A program made the position numbers and the translations under genes. A stretch of 63,964 bases of DNA, filler included, from Octopus bimaculoides (lineage: Eukaryota): NCBI RefSeq assembly GCF_001194135.2. It is 4 parts of 3 records of this genome, joined end to end, with 100 filler letters (N's around TTAATTAATTAA, not from the genome) between each part and the next. Parts side by side here need not be neighbours in the genome. Positions count along the whole stretch, not along the records: positions 1 to 20,802 come from NC_068993.1; positions 20,903 to 38,217 come from NC_068994.1; 2 more parts are not named here. The stretch is one strand, 5' to 3'. The notes beneath the pieces were generated by a model. It saw only the letters and a program-made list of their open reading frames with translations. It was not told where the DNA came from and ran no database searches. This document shows, one piece after another, positions 12,420-26,412 of the stretch; position 1 is the stretch's first letter, and every line of letters begins with the position of its first letter.

Positions 12420-13329
12420 TATATACGTGCACATACAAATGCATGCATATGTACATAAACGCACATAGTTGTATAAGTACAGTTATGCATACGTATGTTT
12501 CTGCTACCGAGCAAGATTCTTTTCCTCTTCGTATTGGTATAACTTCTGATTTATATCACAAAGTTTGAAAATTAAATTCTAAGAATGAAAATGTAGAGAC
12601 GGATATGAGAAGATTGTTTTTAGATTTTTGTGTTTTGTTTTAGTGATAATTCTTTTTGTTTTGTATTTCATTCTTCAGCGATAGGGTTTCTAACATGTAG
12701 CATACTGTATGGTACACGCCGGTGAAAAGAAAATATTACTGAAAATTGGATATGTTGACTATATATTCTGAAGAAGTTGATATAGAATGTTTTTGAAGAA
12801 CAGAGAAAAATTCCATTTACTCGAACTCAATAAAGAAAGGACTCGTTTCTTTTGTTTGTATGTTTGCTGTGGTTTAAATCGCTATAGATTTAATTACGTC
12901 GATGTTGATGATGATGGCGATAACGACGTGGTGGAAGAAGAGGAAAGTGCTATGGAGGAAGGACGATGTTGATCGTTGTCCGAATTTATGATTTGCTATG
13001 TTATATGATGCCGCCTCATTAAATTAAATATTTATAATTCTATTCAATAAATATCTAAATACAAAACAAATTATGCTTAAAATATAATTCAAGACGATTG
13101 AAATTCTATGGAAAATATGAATGAATAAATTATGCTTAATTGAAACGTGTGCTGTTAATGATAAATTGCTTGAACAATTGAATCTGTTGCTCAAAACATT
13201 CCGGGTATGGTTTATTCACTTGGCTTCTATTTCATATTCACTTCTATCCGTCATTATATTAATTAGTTGTCACTTCCTATAATGAATCATATGGAGATAT
13301 GTGTGTGTGAATACACATATATATACACA

Positions 13330-13330
<1 letters not shown>

Positions 13331-13400
<70 letters not shown>
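13331..13400. repeat. (GT)n microsatellite
   Basis: Direct inspection. Confidence 0.98.
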
Positions 13401-13402
<2 letters not shown>

Positions 13403-14711
13403 GCTTCCGGTAGAATAAAGCATGCCATCAAACACAGTTACTAAGGGAGATAAACTTCCATGCAAGAGTGATATTACTGAATTTAATGATAAAATTTATG
13501 AAGATTACAAACAATACCTCCTATCCCTTAATTTTCTGCATATAATTCGGATATTTTCCACACATAACAGAAAGAAAATATGGTTTGAAGCTGAAGAAAA
13601 TGGTAGGGTGGTATTGAATTTGTATAAATATACAGTATATTCATTTAAATAATCTAAAAGAGAAATTGTATATCGAAAATACTCAATTGAAACTACTGTC
13701 CAATTTATTGGATCATGTACACGAGTTCTAGCTCAGTATAATAGCTCTTAACACAACTTGACACTGCCAGTGTTGCCTTCATTATTACTGGTGTGATCAA
13801 ACAGTTCAACGAAGATTAGATGACTTTCTGGTCTTCTTCGCACGCAAGGAAAGACATAAACATGAATATTTGAACAACCGGTTCTAACGAAGCCTAAGTC
13901 ATAAGCTATCTACTTAGTTGATCCTGCACGATACTAGATTCAATCATATAGTAATGATCACGAATGGTCTACGAGAGGATTATGTACCCATCTTAAACAA
14001 AGTAAGAAAAAATGAAATATTTCGAGGAGATATTGAGGAAAAAATTCGTTACATTGTAATAAGTTCTACGAGATGCCAAAATATTTATGATGCTCTCATT
14101 GTGAGTTAAATAATAGATTCTGTTTTTACCGAATGGTCTAATCAGCAATAAACTATTTCACTACAGTCACCATGCAGTAGGTCAGAAATTTTTCGGAATA
14201 AATCTTCCAGAAAAATGCTCAGTTACCTCTTCAGCCATCACAGTGGCAATCCTTCGATTTCTTGGCTATTGAATAAATAAAAGAGTCTCTATTCGGTGGC
14301 TCGACCTGCTAGTCCTAGCAGCCTAATCTCTAAGATCAACTCCATTATTTTTATGAGAAAAGAGAACGTTAGATAAAATAGCTGCAAACATACAAAATTA
14401 TTTTAATTACTAAATTTTCAGAAGATGCAAACAGTTGTCTATATTCAATTACTCAAATCTATTTAAGAGAAAAACTTTCATTTGAAAACGTTAACTTTCG
14501 AACAGATTTACTCTTTAAATAAGCTGTTTTTGTAATCTTCACTGTATTTTCACAATCCTACAATAACGTCGTTGATTTTGAATACTTAAAATTACAGCTC
14601 TCCGTTATTTTAAAACCAGGCTGCTATAGCTACAAAATTTCACTCTACAGTAAGGTAGAAGACTCTCAATGTCTATATAATTTTCTCATCATCCTACCAA
14701 CCTTGTTTTTC

Positions 14712-14885
14712 TTACTCGTTTCAGTCATTAGGCAGCGGACATGATGGGTTACCGCCTTCGATAGTTTAGCCATGCAAGTTGACCCCAGTATGTACTACTA
14801 TAGCTGCTACCTATTCCATCGTCTACTTTTGCCGAACCGCTAGCTTACAGGAACATAAATAAACCAGCTCCAGCTGTCGAACCGT
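14712..14885 (-). mobile_element. diverged SINE family B 3' half
   Basis: CTTTTGCCGAACCGCTAGCTTACAGGAAC and GACCCCAGTA match the reverse complement of family B. Confidence 0.65.
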
Positions 14886-15052
14886 TGGGGCACAATCATA
14901 TAGACAGGCTCCGATGAAGCTAGATGTTATTCAGGCATTCAAATACGAGTCCACTTCATCTTATACCAGAAACAGCTGTAAGCTAATGAAGTTCATGACA
15001 TAATCGTTTTTCCTTTGTCCTCTAGTTTTTACATAAATCTCGCTCTCTTTCT

Positions 15053-15126
<74 letters not shown>

Positions 15127-15129
<3 letters not shown>

Positions 15130-15606
15130 CGTAGGAGTGGCTGTGTGGTAAGTAGCTTGCTTACAANNNNNNNNNNNNNNNNNNNNNNNNNNNNNNNNNN
15201 NNNNNNNNNNNNNNNNNNNNNNNNNNNNNNNNNNNNGTCCCGGGTTCAGTCCCACTGCGTGGCATCTTGGGCAAGTGCCTTCTACTATGGCCTCGGGCCG
15301 ACCAATGCCTTGTGAGTGGATTTGGTAGACGGAAACTGAAAGAAGCCTGTCGTATATATGTATATATATATATGTATGTGTGTATGTGTTTGTATGTCTG
15401 TGTTTGTCCCCCGAACATCGCTTGACAACCGATGCTGGTGTGTTTACGTCCCCGTAACTTAGCGGTTCGGCAAAAGAGACCGAAAGAATAAGTACTAGGC
15501 TTCCAAAGAATAAGTCATGGGGTCGATTTGCTCGACTAAAGGCGGTGCTCCAGCATGGCCACAGTCAAAAGACTGAAACAAGTAAAAGAGTAAAAGAGTA
15601 AAAGAG
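15127..15606 (+). mobile_element. SINE family B, full length
   Basis: GGCGTAGGAGTGGCTGTGTGGTAAGTAGC ... GGGTTCAGTCCCACTGCG ... tail (AAAAGAGT)n. Confidence 0.92.
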
Positions 15607-18600
15607 TATATATACATACATACATACATACATACATAAAACAGGTTTCCACAACTTCACTGCCAAACCATTGGTCAGCCAAGTGCAATAGTTCAAAACA
15701 CTCGGCCAAGATGCCACGCAGTGCGTTTGAATCCTCAAAGCGAACTCTTCAACTACACAACTATACTAACAGGTTTTTGTGACATAGGCAAATGGGCAGA
15801 AAATGGGTAAGGTTATATTCAATTACGTTAATGCAGTACTCGCCTGGTGCTTTGTTTCTATTGACACCGTTAAGAACAGTAAAGTCGACTAATTTAGAAT
15901 TTAACTTAGAACTAAAGCAACATAAACCATTTTGTCCTAGACTCTAACATTTCTGCTAATGTACAACCACAGAAGTCTTGATATTGATATCAGTGTTGTG
16001 CTTCATTCTCAGAGAAAGAAATAACTTAGTAAAACATTTTCCATTACTCTAGTTCCATTATTCTTGTTCGTTCTGCACAACATTACCGTACTGTTCTTGG
16101 AATTGTTCCAAATATTTAATTTAGTCTAAACAAATAATCGATTTATGCAAATACTCCGCATTTTTACTCACGTAGTTTTCTAAGTCTGATACTACATAGA
16201 CTAATTATTACAAACTAACGTTATTTTGTAAAGAATAAATTTAGGGAAATATGATTTGGAGGCAATATTTATTGTTTATATTACCTGACAAAGTGGAGGT
16301 GTGTCAAGGCTTAACAATCATGCATATATTTAAACTCACTGAATGCGTCATGATATATGTAAAAAAAGAAAAAAGATAGAAAATAAAAAAAAGAAACATT
16401 TTCGATGTAACGCTTTAATATTACGATATTCAATTAAACTTTAGCCTTTTCCAACAGACGGTTATAAAACAAAAAAACTACACCTTGTATGTGCTTCTCT
16501 CTGAAATATAGTGGTGGTCAGAGATGTGATTGATTGATTTTGTTACCTCTTAAGTCAGCCTGCATATATAACATAGGTGAGATTATAAGTGAAAACACGA
16601 CATTTGATAATAAAATGCGCTCCTACTCGTTTTCGGTAAAGCGTATTGAAGTTGTTAAATCGATTAAGCAACCTACACATTGTAATGTGATTGTGGTTGT
16701 GTATATAACACAATTAATACGCATCCCAGCTGCTTTAAAAAGGAACGTCACGTTTCTAATAAAAAATGTCAAAAATGTAATAGTGATGGGTGAGACGATC
16801 ATATATTTCCAGCAGAACTGTTGTTGATCGACTATGACAGCAGCAAATAATACTGTTATCTTCCTACACAATTTCTTAGAGAGTCATGCTTTAGAACTTG
16901 AGTCGACTCTACTATATCCCGAAATATGAAACTAAATGGGCTCCGCTTTCGAGGATGTGTATTCTATTTGTTAAGCCAATTAAACGACCTGTACATTGAA
17001 ACGTGTAATTGGTTGAATATACCACAGATATGTGGTAGAACTTTCTTAATACAGTGTGTAATACATACTGATTTTACTGAATTGCTGTTCTATTGCACAT
17101 TACATATTTCTACAGTTTCCGTTCACCCAATTTCACTCACACTGTTTTTAATAGTAACTTCTTACCCACTGATCGATGCAACAGGCTCGATCACTGGCCC
17201 AAGAATTGCAGAGCGAAACTACTGAGCCATGCTTATCCTCTTCCCCATTTACTTTAACGCTTTGCTGAATATTTCATATATATTGCATTGATATCAAGTA
17301 ATATTAACTAAAACAGAAAGCAAAATCTATGTATATTTTCAATAAATAGATATAATATATACAATATTTGCATTGAATGATAAAGAATAATGGTAAACTA
17401 TATCATAGCAGTAGGAAATTATTTGCAAAGCTAACGGATATTGATACCATACACTGTAATAAACTACATTATATTACTTTTACTAAATAACTTCCTAAAA
17501 TAGCAATTGGAGCAAATTGAATAGAATAGAACAAATAAACCAACATGAATGCCTTTAATATGAAATGATAATAAGAATAAACCTGACAAAAAACTCTGGG
17601 AGGTTAGCTGCACATACCTAATATTGGGAGAGCGTCCATTTTATTTTTTTTTTCAAGGCAACTGAAGTATAAATTGGAATATTTGTGATATCAAGTTTCA
17701 AAATTAATTATGGTATTATTGCATTCTCGTTTATATGAACGCAATTGAATGGGGAAAAACAACACCACAATAATATTTGGTGACTTTGACAGGAAAAGCT
17801 TACAATATAAAGTCAAATAAAGTAATAGTTTCCATACGTCAAGGGAGAAGCCTATTCTACAATAGATGTCATTGCAGCAAGTTCATTTTATACATATTAG
17901 CTGTTTGCGTTTCCCTCTCCAGATAATTTGTTCTGAAGTTAAATAGTTTATGGTATATGTTAATGGAATTAGATTGCAAGATAGTGTAATGAATCAAACT
18001 ATTTGACCTCTAAGTATGGCAACCTTAAACCAATTTTGTCTAAGTAGTGGAAAGGAGCATAACAAAAATGAAGTGTAGGAAGATAAGTTTTGTAATCTTC
18101 TGAGACCTCACTCTTGGTCAATGCTGAGTATAGTTAATGTCATAATAACTAAGTGAGTTTAATGGCTGGGGTGAAAACATGCAGTGGCTGGAGTGAAAAC
18201 ACGGAGTAAAATAGTAATAGAGAGGTTAAAGAACAAGCTCTTACAGCTTGTATTGGTTTTCACTATATGTGAATATGAAACAAAGTAGCAGGCATAAGCT
18301 GAAATTTTGTTGGAGATATATCCAAGATGTAAAAAAGAGACTTCAGAGAAGCGCACAATATGGATAGAAACAGAACATTATTGCTTGTGTTAACTGAAAC
18401 AGTTTGAGAGAGAAATACAAGAGAAATAAACAGAGATAAATGTCTTATGTTTATTGATAAACAGTGAAGTATACTACATTCTAAGAATATGTAAGTGGGA
18501 GTGTGTATTTGTTGAAGTGTTTCCATTGAAAGTGTACTGATTCAGCTATGTAAATATTTTCAACTGATATGTATTGAGATTATGAATAAAGCATACATAT

Positions 18601-18699
18601 ATATATATATATATATGAATGTATGTATGTATGTATGTATGTATGTATAAATATATATGTATATATGTATATATGAAAATATTATATGTGTGTGTGAGT

Positions 18700-20330
18700 G
18701 TGTAGATAAGTGTACAGTAGAATGCCTAAAGAAAGGAGTGAAAGTATTTGAATGCTTTGTGAGGCTTATGAATGTTTGTGATATAGCTGGAAGAGTACTA
18801 AAAGACTGGCCTAGTGGATGTATAGTGCCACTGTGCAAGCGGAAAAGGGATAAATATGAGTGTGGAAATTTTAAGGGTATACGTTTGTTGTGTGGGTATA
18901 AGTTTGTTGTAAAGGTGAGGAACCAAACAGAGAATGTACTAGGGGAGGAGCAGTTCGGTTTTAGGAGTAGAAAGGGGTGTGCAGATCAAATATTTTTAGT
19001 AAAAAACAGATATGTGAGAAGTTTTTGGCAAACGGGAAGGGATGTATTGGGCCTTTATAGACCTAGAGAAGATATATGACTGTGTGGATAGGGATGCAAT
19101 GTGGCAGCTGTTGCAGTCGTATGGAGTAGATGGTAGATTGCTGAGAGCTGTTCAGAGTTCTTATAGAGAAATTAATGCGTGCGTGAGAGTGGATGGTGAA
19201 GTAAATGGGAGGTTTGATGTGAGGCTGGGTTTAAGTCAGGGTTGTATGCTGACTCCGAGCCTGTTTAATTTATATAGGGATGATGTGGTGAGAGAGGTAA
19301 ATGCTAGAACTGTTGGTAGGGGGTCCCAAATGGTGGGAGAAAATGGAGAGAAATGGCAGGTAAGTCAGTTGTTGTTTGCTGATGATACAGCACTGGTGGC
19401 GGATTCAAAATAGCAACTGAAGAGACTGGTGGTAGAGTTTGGAAGAGTATCCGCGAGGTGGAAACTGAAAGTGATTTTCGAGAGATGGAATGGCTGGTAG
19501 GATGGATTTAAATATAAATGGTGAGATGTTAGAGGGGGTGAGTGTTTTTAAGTATCACATGTAACGGCGGATGGGGGTTGGCTGAGGAAATGAGATACAG
19601 AGTGAGAGAGGGGATTGAGATACTTGGAGTTGTAAAAGGTATGCTGAGAGATAAAAGGTTGCGTATGAAAGCGAAGAGGTGTGTATGAGGGCGTGATTGT
19701 ATCGATAATGCTATATGGTGCAGAGTCGTCGGAGCTGAAAGAGACGAAAAGGAGGAGACTATTAGTATTTGAGATGAGATGTCTGAGGGCTATGGTTGGT
19801 GTGACGCGGATGGACAGGATGAGGAATGAGGAGGTGTGAAGCGGACAGGAATGAGAGAAAAACTAACAACCAAAAAGATAGACGAATGTTGAGGTAGTTT
19901 GGCCACATGGAGATGATGGATGAGGAGCGGATGGTAAGGATGTTGATGAACGCAGAAATGGTAGGCAGCAGAACCAGAGGCAGACCTCAGTTGGTGTGGA
20001 TGGTTGGAATGAGGAAAGATTTGGTGGTTAGAAGTGTTGCAGTGCGAGAGGCAGGAGAGTTTATAAATGATAGGAGAGCTTGGAGAGTGTTTGTGGACAG
20101 ATGAGTGAATATGATGTTGCTCAAAGGGGTACAAAAGCAGCATCATGCCGCGGGAGTAAACCAGCATATGCTGCCGGGACACGGGGCTGATATTGGGGGT
20201 TGCGTTCTATGCCTTCACCCGAACATCGAACGAGGCTCGCCTCTTTGAGCTGGGATTTGAATGGAATGCTTGTTGTATGTCTTGTGGCTACCCCACCCCA
20301 CAAAAATGGGGAATAGACCTGGGTATATAT
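18700..20330 (+). mobile_element. 5'-truncated RTE-clade LINE (reverse transcriptase pseudogene)
   Basis: IVPLCKRKRDKYECGNFKGIRLL, LGEEQFGFRSRKGCADQIF, WAFIDLEKIYDCVDR, GLSQGCMLTPSLFNLY, QLLFADDTALV, C-terminal RTRGRPQLVW; frameshifts and stops. Confidence 0.92.
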
Positions 20331-20382
20331 ATATGTGTGTATAGTTGAAATCTATAGAAAAACAAATGACGGAAAAACAAGC

Positions 20383-20702
20383 AAGAACAGCCTGCTCGTG
20401 AAATTAACGTGCAAGTGGCTAAGCACTCCACAGACACATGTGCCCTTAACGTAGTTCTCGGGGATATTCAGCGTAACAAGACTGGTCCTTTGAAATACAG
20501 GTACAACAGAAACAGAAGAAAGAGTGAGAGAAAGTTGTGCTGAAAGAGTACAGCAGGGTTCACCACCATTCCCTGGCGGACCCTCGTGGAGCTTTAAGTG
20601 TTTTCGCTCAATAAACACTCACAACGCCCGGTCTGGGAATTGAAACCGCGATCCTATGACCGCGAGTCCGCTGCCCTAACCACTGGGCCATTGCGCCTCC
20701 AC
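20383..20702 (-). mobile_element. tRNA-derived SINE, family C
   Basis: Minus strand starts GTGGAGGCGCAATGGCCCAGTGGTTAGGGCAGCGGACTCGCGGTCATAGGATCGCGGTTTCAATTCCCAG (A/B boxes); near-identical copy at 47704-48080. Confidence 0.9.
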
Positions 20703-20705
20703 TTG

Positions 20706-20749
<44 letters not shown>

Positions 20750-20802
20750 ACTTGGGGATGGTCATATTGCCAGTTTAGCCAATAAAAACACACGCACTGT
20801 AT

Positions 20803-20902
20803 NNNNNNNNNNNNNNNNNNNNNNNNNNNNNNNNNNNNNNNNNNNNTTAATTAATTAANNNNNNNNNNNNNNNNNNNNNNNNNNNNNNNNNNNNNNNNNN
20901 NN
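20803..20902. other. artificial scaffold-join spacer
   Basis: Exactly 44 N + TTAATTAATTAA (20847-20858) + 44 N; identical at 38218 and 62439. Confidence 0.95.
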
Positions 20903-20976
20903 CTAACTAAATAAATGAATAAATGAATGGTGAATAGGAAGGGTGATCGCCCCCCCCCCACTTCTCTCTTTCTCCC

Positions 20977-20977
<1 letters not shown>

Positions 20978-21037
<60 letters not shown>

Positions 21038-21047
21038 TTATCTATCT
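20978..21047. repeat. (TATC)n microsatellite
   Basis: Direct inspection. Confidence 0.95.
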
Positions 21048-22099
21048 ACCCAACTTTATTATCTGTATGGGGTTTCATTAAGCTTCTTGTGACCTAAAAG
21101 GGCTTATTTCAAATCTTGAATTTGAAAAATGAAATTATCCTCAATGCGATACATTTAGCTAATAAATATTGTGTAAAGCAGGTGATAACAATTGCACTGA
21201 CAGGGAGAAGAAAATAATATTGTCTGGAGAATCAACCTGACGGCTAAGCAAAAAATAAAGTGAGTAATGTCAGATCTTAATTTAAAACTGAAATGAAAGA
21301 CCGCAATATTCACCTTCAAGACCTCAGAGATCGATTTTCCTTTCCATTTCTCTTGAGTTTCACTTCATTCGTAATTGAGAATGAAAAATAAACAAAGATT
21401 TCAAAAGGAGTGATGAAGTAACAATCATTTAGTTATCAATGAGACTATTGATTGATTTCAGTTCTCTCCAATCCAACAGATTCTCTGCAAACTTTACTGC
21501 AGTGTAGAAGGGGTGTCTTCCCTGCAGAGTACATTGCGTACCAATTACTGTTTACTGTAGCATTCCCAATCGCAAACTGTGAAAGGTCAGAACAGCTTGA
21601 CTTTGATCAGAACTGAAAAAGAATTCCTTTCAACTGATGTAAAAATAAATGAAATAATCGAAGTATTTCCTGACAGAAGAACTCGTTTGGGACACAGACA
21701 CCGCACTTGATATGGCTGGTTCATATTTAATTTGCATAAAATGTTTATTCCATCTGCTTTTACATATTTAGGATGTCTTCTTTTCTTTCTTTTCTCAGAT
21801 CTGGTTTCTGTACTTGAGTCTTGGAGGTATAAACCAATGAAACAGATGATATTAATGACCTTCTTGAACCCTTTGACAGCATACGACTAGGGGGGAAGTA
21901 CTTGAATACATTCTCTTATGTTCTAAAGTTGATAAAGTAAATACAACTCCCGTATTGCGCTCGATATTAAATCGATTTTATCCCGAGCTATATAACTTTT
22001 TGGATTTTGTACAATGTAAGAAATCAGTGTGATTATAATTCTTGTCAATTGTTTTGTTTTGTCTTTTTTGCAGAGTTGTATTTGCTTACCAGAAAAATA

Positions 22100-22292
22100 A
22101 TGGAAGTGAAAGTTGACCGGAGCTGGGCGTGGGTGGTTATGGCTGCTGCGTTTGGCATTCACTTCATTAGTGGCAGCCTTCAATTTTCGTCCGGAATAAT
22201 CCGATTAAATTTGTTACTAGACACTATTCATGAAGAGAAAGTATTCATAACATGGATTATTTCCATATACGCCAGTTTATTCTCTCTAGCGG
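22100..22292 (+). CDS. first coding exon of a monocarboxylate transporter-like MFS protein (SLC16 family)
   Basis: Acceptor TTTTTTGCAG at 22073, ATG at 22100, MEVKVDRSWAWVVMAAAFGIHFISGSLQFSSGIIRLNLLLDTIHEEKVFITWIISIYASLFSLAG, donor G|GTATGT at 22293 (phase 1); matches the SLC16 N-terminal D-x-x-W-x-W-V-V motif and TM1-TM2. Confidence 0.85.
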
Positions 22293-23055
22293 GTATGTAT
22301 GGATTCACTATCTGTCTGTCTGTCTGTCTCTCTCTCTTCTTTCCACCTCTCTCTCTCTCTCTTCTATCCACCTCTCTCTCTCTCTCTTCTATCCACCTCT
22401 CTCTTCCCCTCTCTCTTTCTCTCTCTCTCTTTTAATATATTATATAGTGTTTCTTTTCGGTGGGTTACATTTTGAGTCCGAGATTTTGCAATAGTTGCTG
22501 GAGGCCAGCTTTGCATTTCATTGTTCCGAAGTCGATAAATCGATAAAAAAAGTACCACTCCAGAATAGTTGTTTGTTGGAACTGAAAAAAACATTGGTTC
22601 GGATGACTGGCAGTATTTGTTTCGGCTCTTTGCGTTCTGAGTTCAAATCCCTTGAATGATACATTTAATCTGTCATCTGGTTTAATGCCATCACCTAGCA
22701 TCTTAGCTGCCTTTATTGAAGTCCACTCTGTAGTAAGCATTTGGGCCAGCTCCTGCTTAAAGAAAGATTTTTAAAATGTAGGCAATTGTGATGTTCCTGT
22801 CATTCGTAAAACAGTGATGTGATTTAAAGGAGTTAGTTTCATCTGCATGATGAAATCGTATCGAGTACTTAGTGTCTATCAAACATCGGTTATCATATAA
22901 AGAATAACAGACACAGAGATCGAACTTAGAAAATATACCTTTTTCAAGGTTGATAAAATAAGTACTAATCAAGTAATGGAGTTGATGTAATTGACTATCA
23001 CCAGCCCCTAACATTACTGACCTTGTACCAAAATTTGAAACAATTTTTATTATTA

Positions 23056-23270
23056 AAGCGACGAGCTGACAGAACCGTTAGCACGTCGGGCAAAATGCTT
23101 AGCAGCATTTCGTTCGTTTTACGTTCTGAGTTCAAATTCTACCGAGGTTGACTTTGCCTTTCATCTTTTCGGGGTCAATAAAATAAATACCAATCGAGTA
23201 CTGGGGTCGATGAAACCGACTAGCCATCTCCCACCCAAAATTTCCGGCCTTGTACTTTTGTTTCACTGTT
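23056..23270 (+). mobile_element. SINE family A copy
   Basis: GCGACGAGCTGACAGAACCGTTAGCAC..GAGTTCAAATTC..GGGGTCAATAAAATAAATACC. Confidence 0.85.
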
Positions 23271-23329
23271 GTGCACAAATGCAAAAGTGAATTGACGGAT
23301 TTTGTAAATCAAAACAAAAGCAAACTTGA

Positions 23330-26150
23330 GACAGAGAGAAAGGAATTTGATGATTTCATCCTCAAAACCCCGAAGTGGGTTATTAATTAAAATGTCCTCA
23401 GGTGTTTATAAAACAACCCGCAAAAATTCTCATGTAGTGTGAGGAATTTTAAAAAAAATCAACTGACAAAAGAATTTTTGAAGGGCTTTTTAAAAAACTT
23501 CCACTAGTAGAGAGGCCTGAAACTTCCGAGCTTCTCGAAAATCAAGGTGAGTGACCTCCTCTTTTTCTTTCTCCGACTAGGATGACTGTGCTGAGAGTGG
23601 GATGTGGGAATGTGCGTGGCCTGGGATCAGCTTGGAAGCAAGGTCACTTGCTCAATGATCCCAGATCGCGTCATTTAGATGTGGGCACCATTAGTGAAGA
23701 ATTTCCGGAAAGCATGCTCCATTTTCAAGGATTACAAATTATTCTCACCTTGTGGTCTATTTGGAACGGGTGGCGGTGTAGCACTGCTACACCGGAAATA
23801 CTTAGATCTCTAAGTACTGGCTATCTTCTTGGACCCGGACGGTAAGGTGGTGGTCCTGGACGTGAATGGCAGCGATAGTGCCTTTAGATTTCTTCAGGAG
23901 TCGAGAAATAGTCTTGAGAATGTCTTCGAAAATTCGTGATATGTGCAGTCGACTCAGATAGGACATGTAAATAGGGACTTTGTTACTGGAAGTTGAATGC
24001 GTCTTTATCGGCACACAACTACTACAGGGACTGTATTAGTGAAGTAAAATGGATAGCGTTCAGCAAAGATTTAGCAATAGAAATAAATAAATTACAAGAA
24101 CTAATCAGCAAACTAGAAGAAGCTAATAGTAAAGCATCGCGACCAACGTGCTAGCGGCAAGAATGGCACTTGGCCATTTCGCTGAAGTGAACATGAAGGC
24201 TGCGTTGTCAGAGCTGGGGCCCATGCACTCAAACACGAAGGAACTAAAGTCGTCCGATGGGTCTGAAAGGTGGAGACGCGACGTGGCAACAAAACCACAG
24301 TCAGGTCTTTGATGGTATGGGCGCGTTCTACTCGGTTCTGAGCAGATGTATGAGGCTTTCCAGAAGCACTTTGCGTGACTGTTTGGTGAGGGCGAGGGGT
24401 CGACGATGGTAGCAGAACATACTTCGTACCTGGACGGCCCGCCATGGTACATGGCAGCGGACGTGAGGTTTTGCCGCTGAAATATGAGTGGCGATGAGCG
24501 ATTGCTCAAGTGGCAAATCACCTGGCTTGAATGGCCTGCCCTATGAGTTCTATGAGTTCATGCCAGATTTATTTGGCGGCTTCTAAATAGATGACTACTG
24601 TAATTGGCATCAGAACGGGAGATGTTGTTAGCCGGGGTGTAGTGATGCTCCTGAGGAAGGACGCCGACAATGGAAACATGCAAGGAAATCTTTAGCCCAT
24701 AACTCTGCTAAACAAAGAGTTTAAGATTTTGGCCAAGATGTTAGCAAAAAGGTTGGTGCTTGTCGCCGGTAGTCTGATCGGGGAAGCGTAAACGTGCATA
24801 AACCCAAAGAGGTCTATCCAGGACAACTTCCACCTAATGTGATACATCGTTGAGAGGGCTGGAACTAAAGCTGGCTTCGGTGGAGCCCTGATCCATTTGA
24901 ATCAATCCAAAGCATTCGATAGGGATGTTTGTCTGACGGATCAGTTAAACTGCTCGGTGTCTGGTTCAGTCCCGACCTCCAGGTGGATAAGAACTGGGAC
25001 GAAGTGACGAACAGGGTGTCCAGTCTTACCCAGAAATGGGCAGAGAGGAAGCTGTCTCTGAAAGGTTGGGTAGAGGTAGCGAATGTCTACTTTGTCTCCG
25101 TTATCAGTTATCGCCTGACTCTCATGCCCTGCTCCGGTTATTGCTTGACCAGATTGGAGAGTTTCTTATTTAGTTTCTTATGGAAAGGACGCGTTCCAAC
25201 GGTTAGGCGGTCAGTCTGCTGCCACTTCCCCTCTGCATGGCGGCCTGGGCATGCTGTGGCTTCTGATAGGAAGACACGCACTCAGGTTGCGTCACCTGTA
25301 ACGATTTCTAGATGGTCAGCATGTGTGGGCTCCGTTTGTGAGGCACGTCGTTCCGCAGCTCGTCTCTCTGACGGAACTGCAGTTCTGAGGGAAGAAGAGA
25401 CCAAAATTAGGCGCCTGGCGCTCACAGCCCTCTACCAGTCGGGCAATGAGATCGATAGAAGTTCCACTTTAAACAATATATAGAGGATTAGTGGCGGGGA
25501 AGTGCGACGACTAACTCGGGGAGACTCTGGGCGTCGACGAAAATGAATTGGCTTGTTTGTAGCTTGGCAGTGCTACCGAGTGACGCTTCCGATTCGAGAT
25601 AAACGCTACAGGCGCGGATGTAGTGTCAGACAAGCTTGCCCGGGGTGTGCGCAGAGACGAAACTGTTTTTCGCGCACTCGTTCAGTGTCCGTGCATTGCT
25701 AACCTATGGAGTTATGTCGAACAGCTGCTGTCGCATGTGCGACGGATCCGTCTGTCGGTCGAGTTCATACTGAGGATTGCGCCACTGATTTCCTTTAATC
25801 GGGTAGGTAAGGCAGTAGCAAAAATGGTTGTCTGGTGGACGAGGCTGAAAAGCACGAGGACAGTCTTTTCTCTATGTTAAAGCCCTCATCGACTTTTCCA
25901 AGCTTCACTTGAAAAACAAAGTGAAGGTGGAGAGGGAGGTGCTGTCCTCAAGTGAATTTATTAAATGTTGGGTGAAAGTTACGACAATGGCAACAGTGGA
26001 TGGTACAGATGGTTCACAAGTATAGACCTATGAATAGGAGAAAGGGAATTTGAGAGGGACCTACCCGTGGTGTTCAAGGAGATCTTAGACGGTGAGATTC
26101 CTCGACTATCCCTAGAGGTCCTCCTGTATCAGGAGGGTCACATCATTATC
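23330..26150 (+). mobile_element. Tx1/L1-clade LINE, ORF2 pseudogene with internal deletions
   Basis: APE start MTVLRVGCGNVRGLG..LDVGTISE at 23582; RT remnants PGLNGLPYEFY, ITLLNKEFKILAKMLAKRL, LNQSKAFDR; VKLLGVWF; C-terminal CPGCAQRDETVFRALVQCP. Confidence 0.88.
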
Positions 26151-26412
26151 ATTACCCACCTTTTTATATTTTATTTTTACTACTGTATACTATGTATGAT
26201 TTCCTTCTCCGTTTTGTATATAGGACATACATTCTTTACATTTATATATACAAGGTTACATTTATATATATATAGGCGCAGGAGTGGCTGTGTGGTAAGA
26301 AGCTTGCTTCCCNNNNNNNNNNNNNNNNNNNNNNNNNNNNNNNNNNNNNNNNNNNNNNNNNNNNNNNNNNNNNNNNNNNNNNNNNNNNNNNNNNNNNNNN
26401 NNNNNNNNNNNN

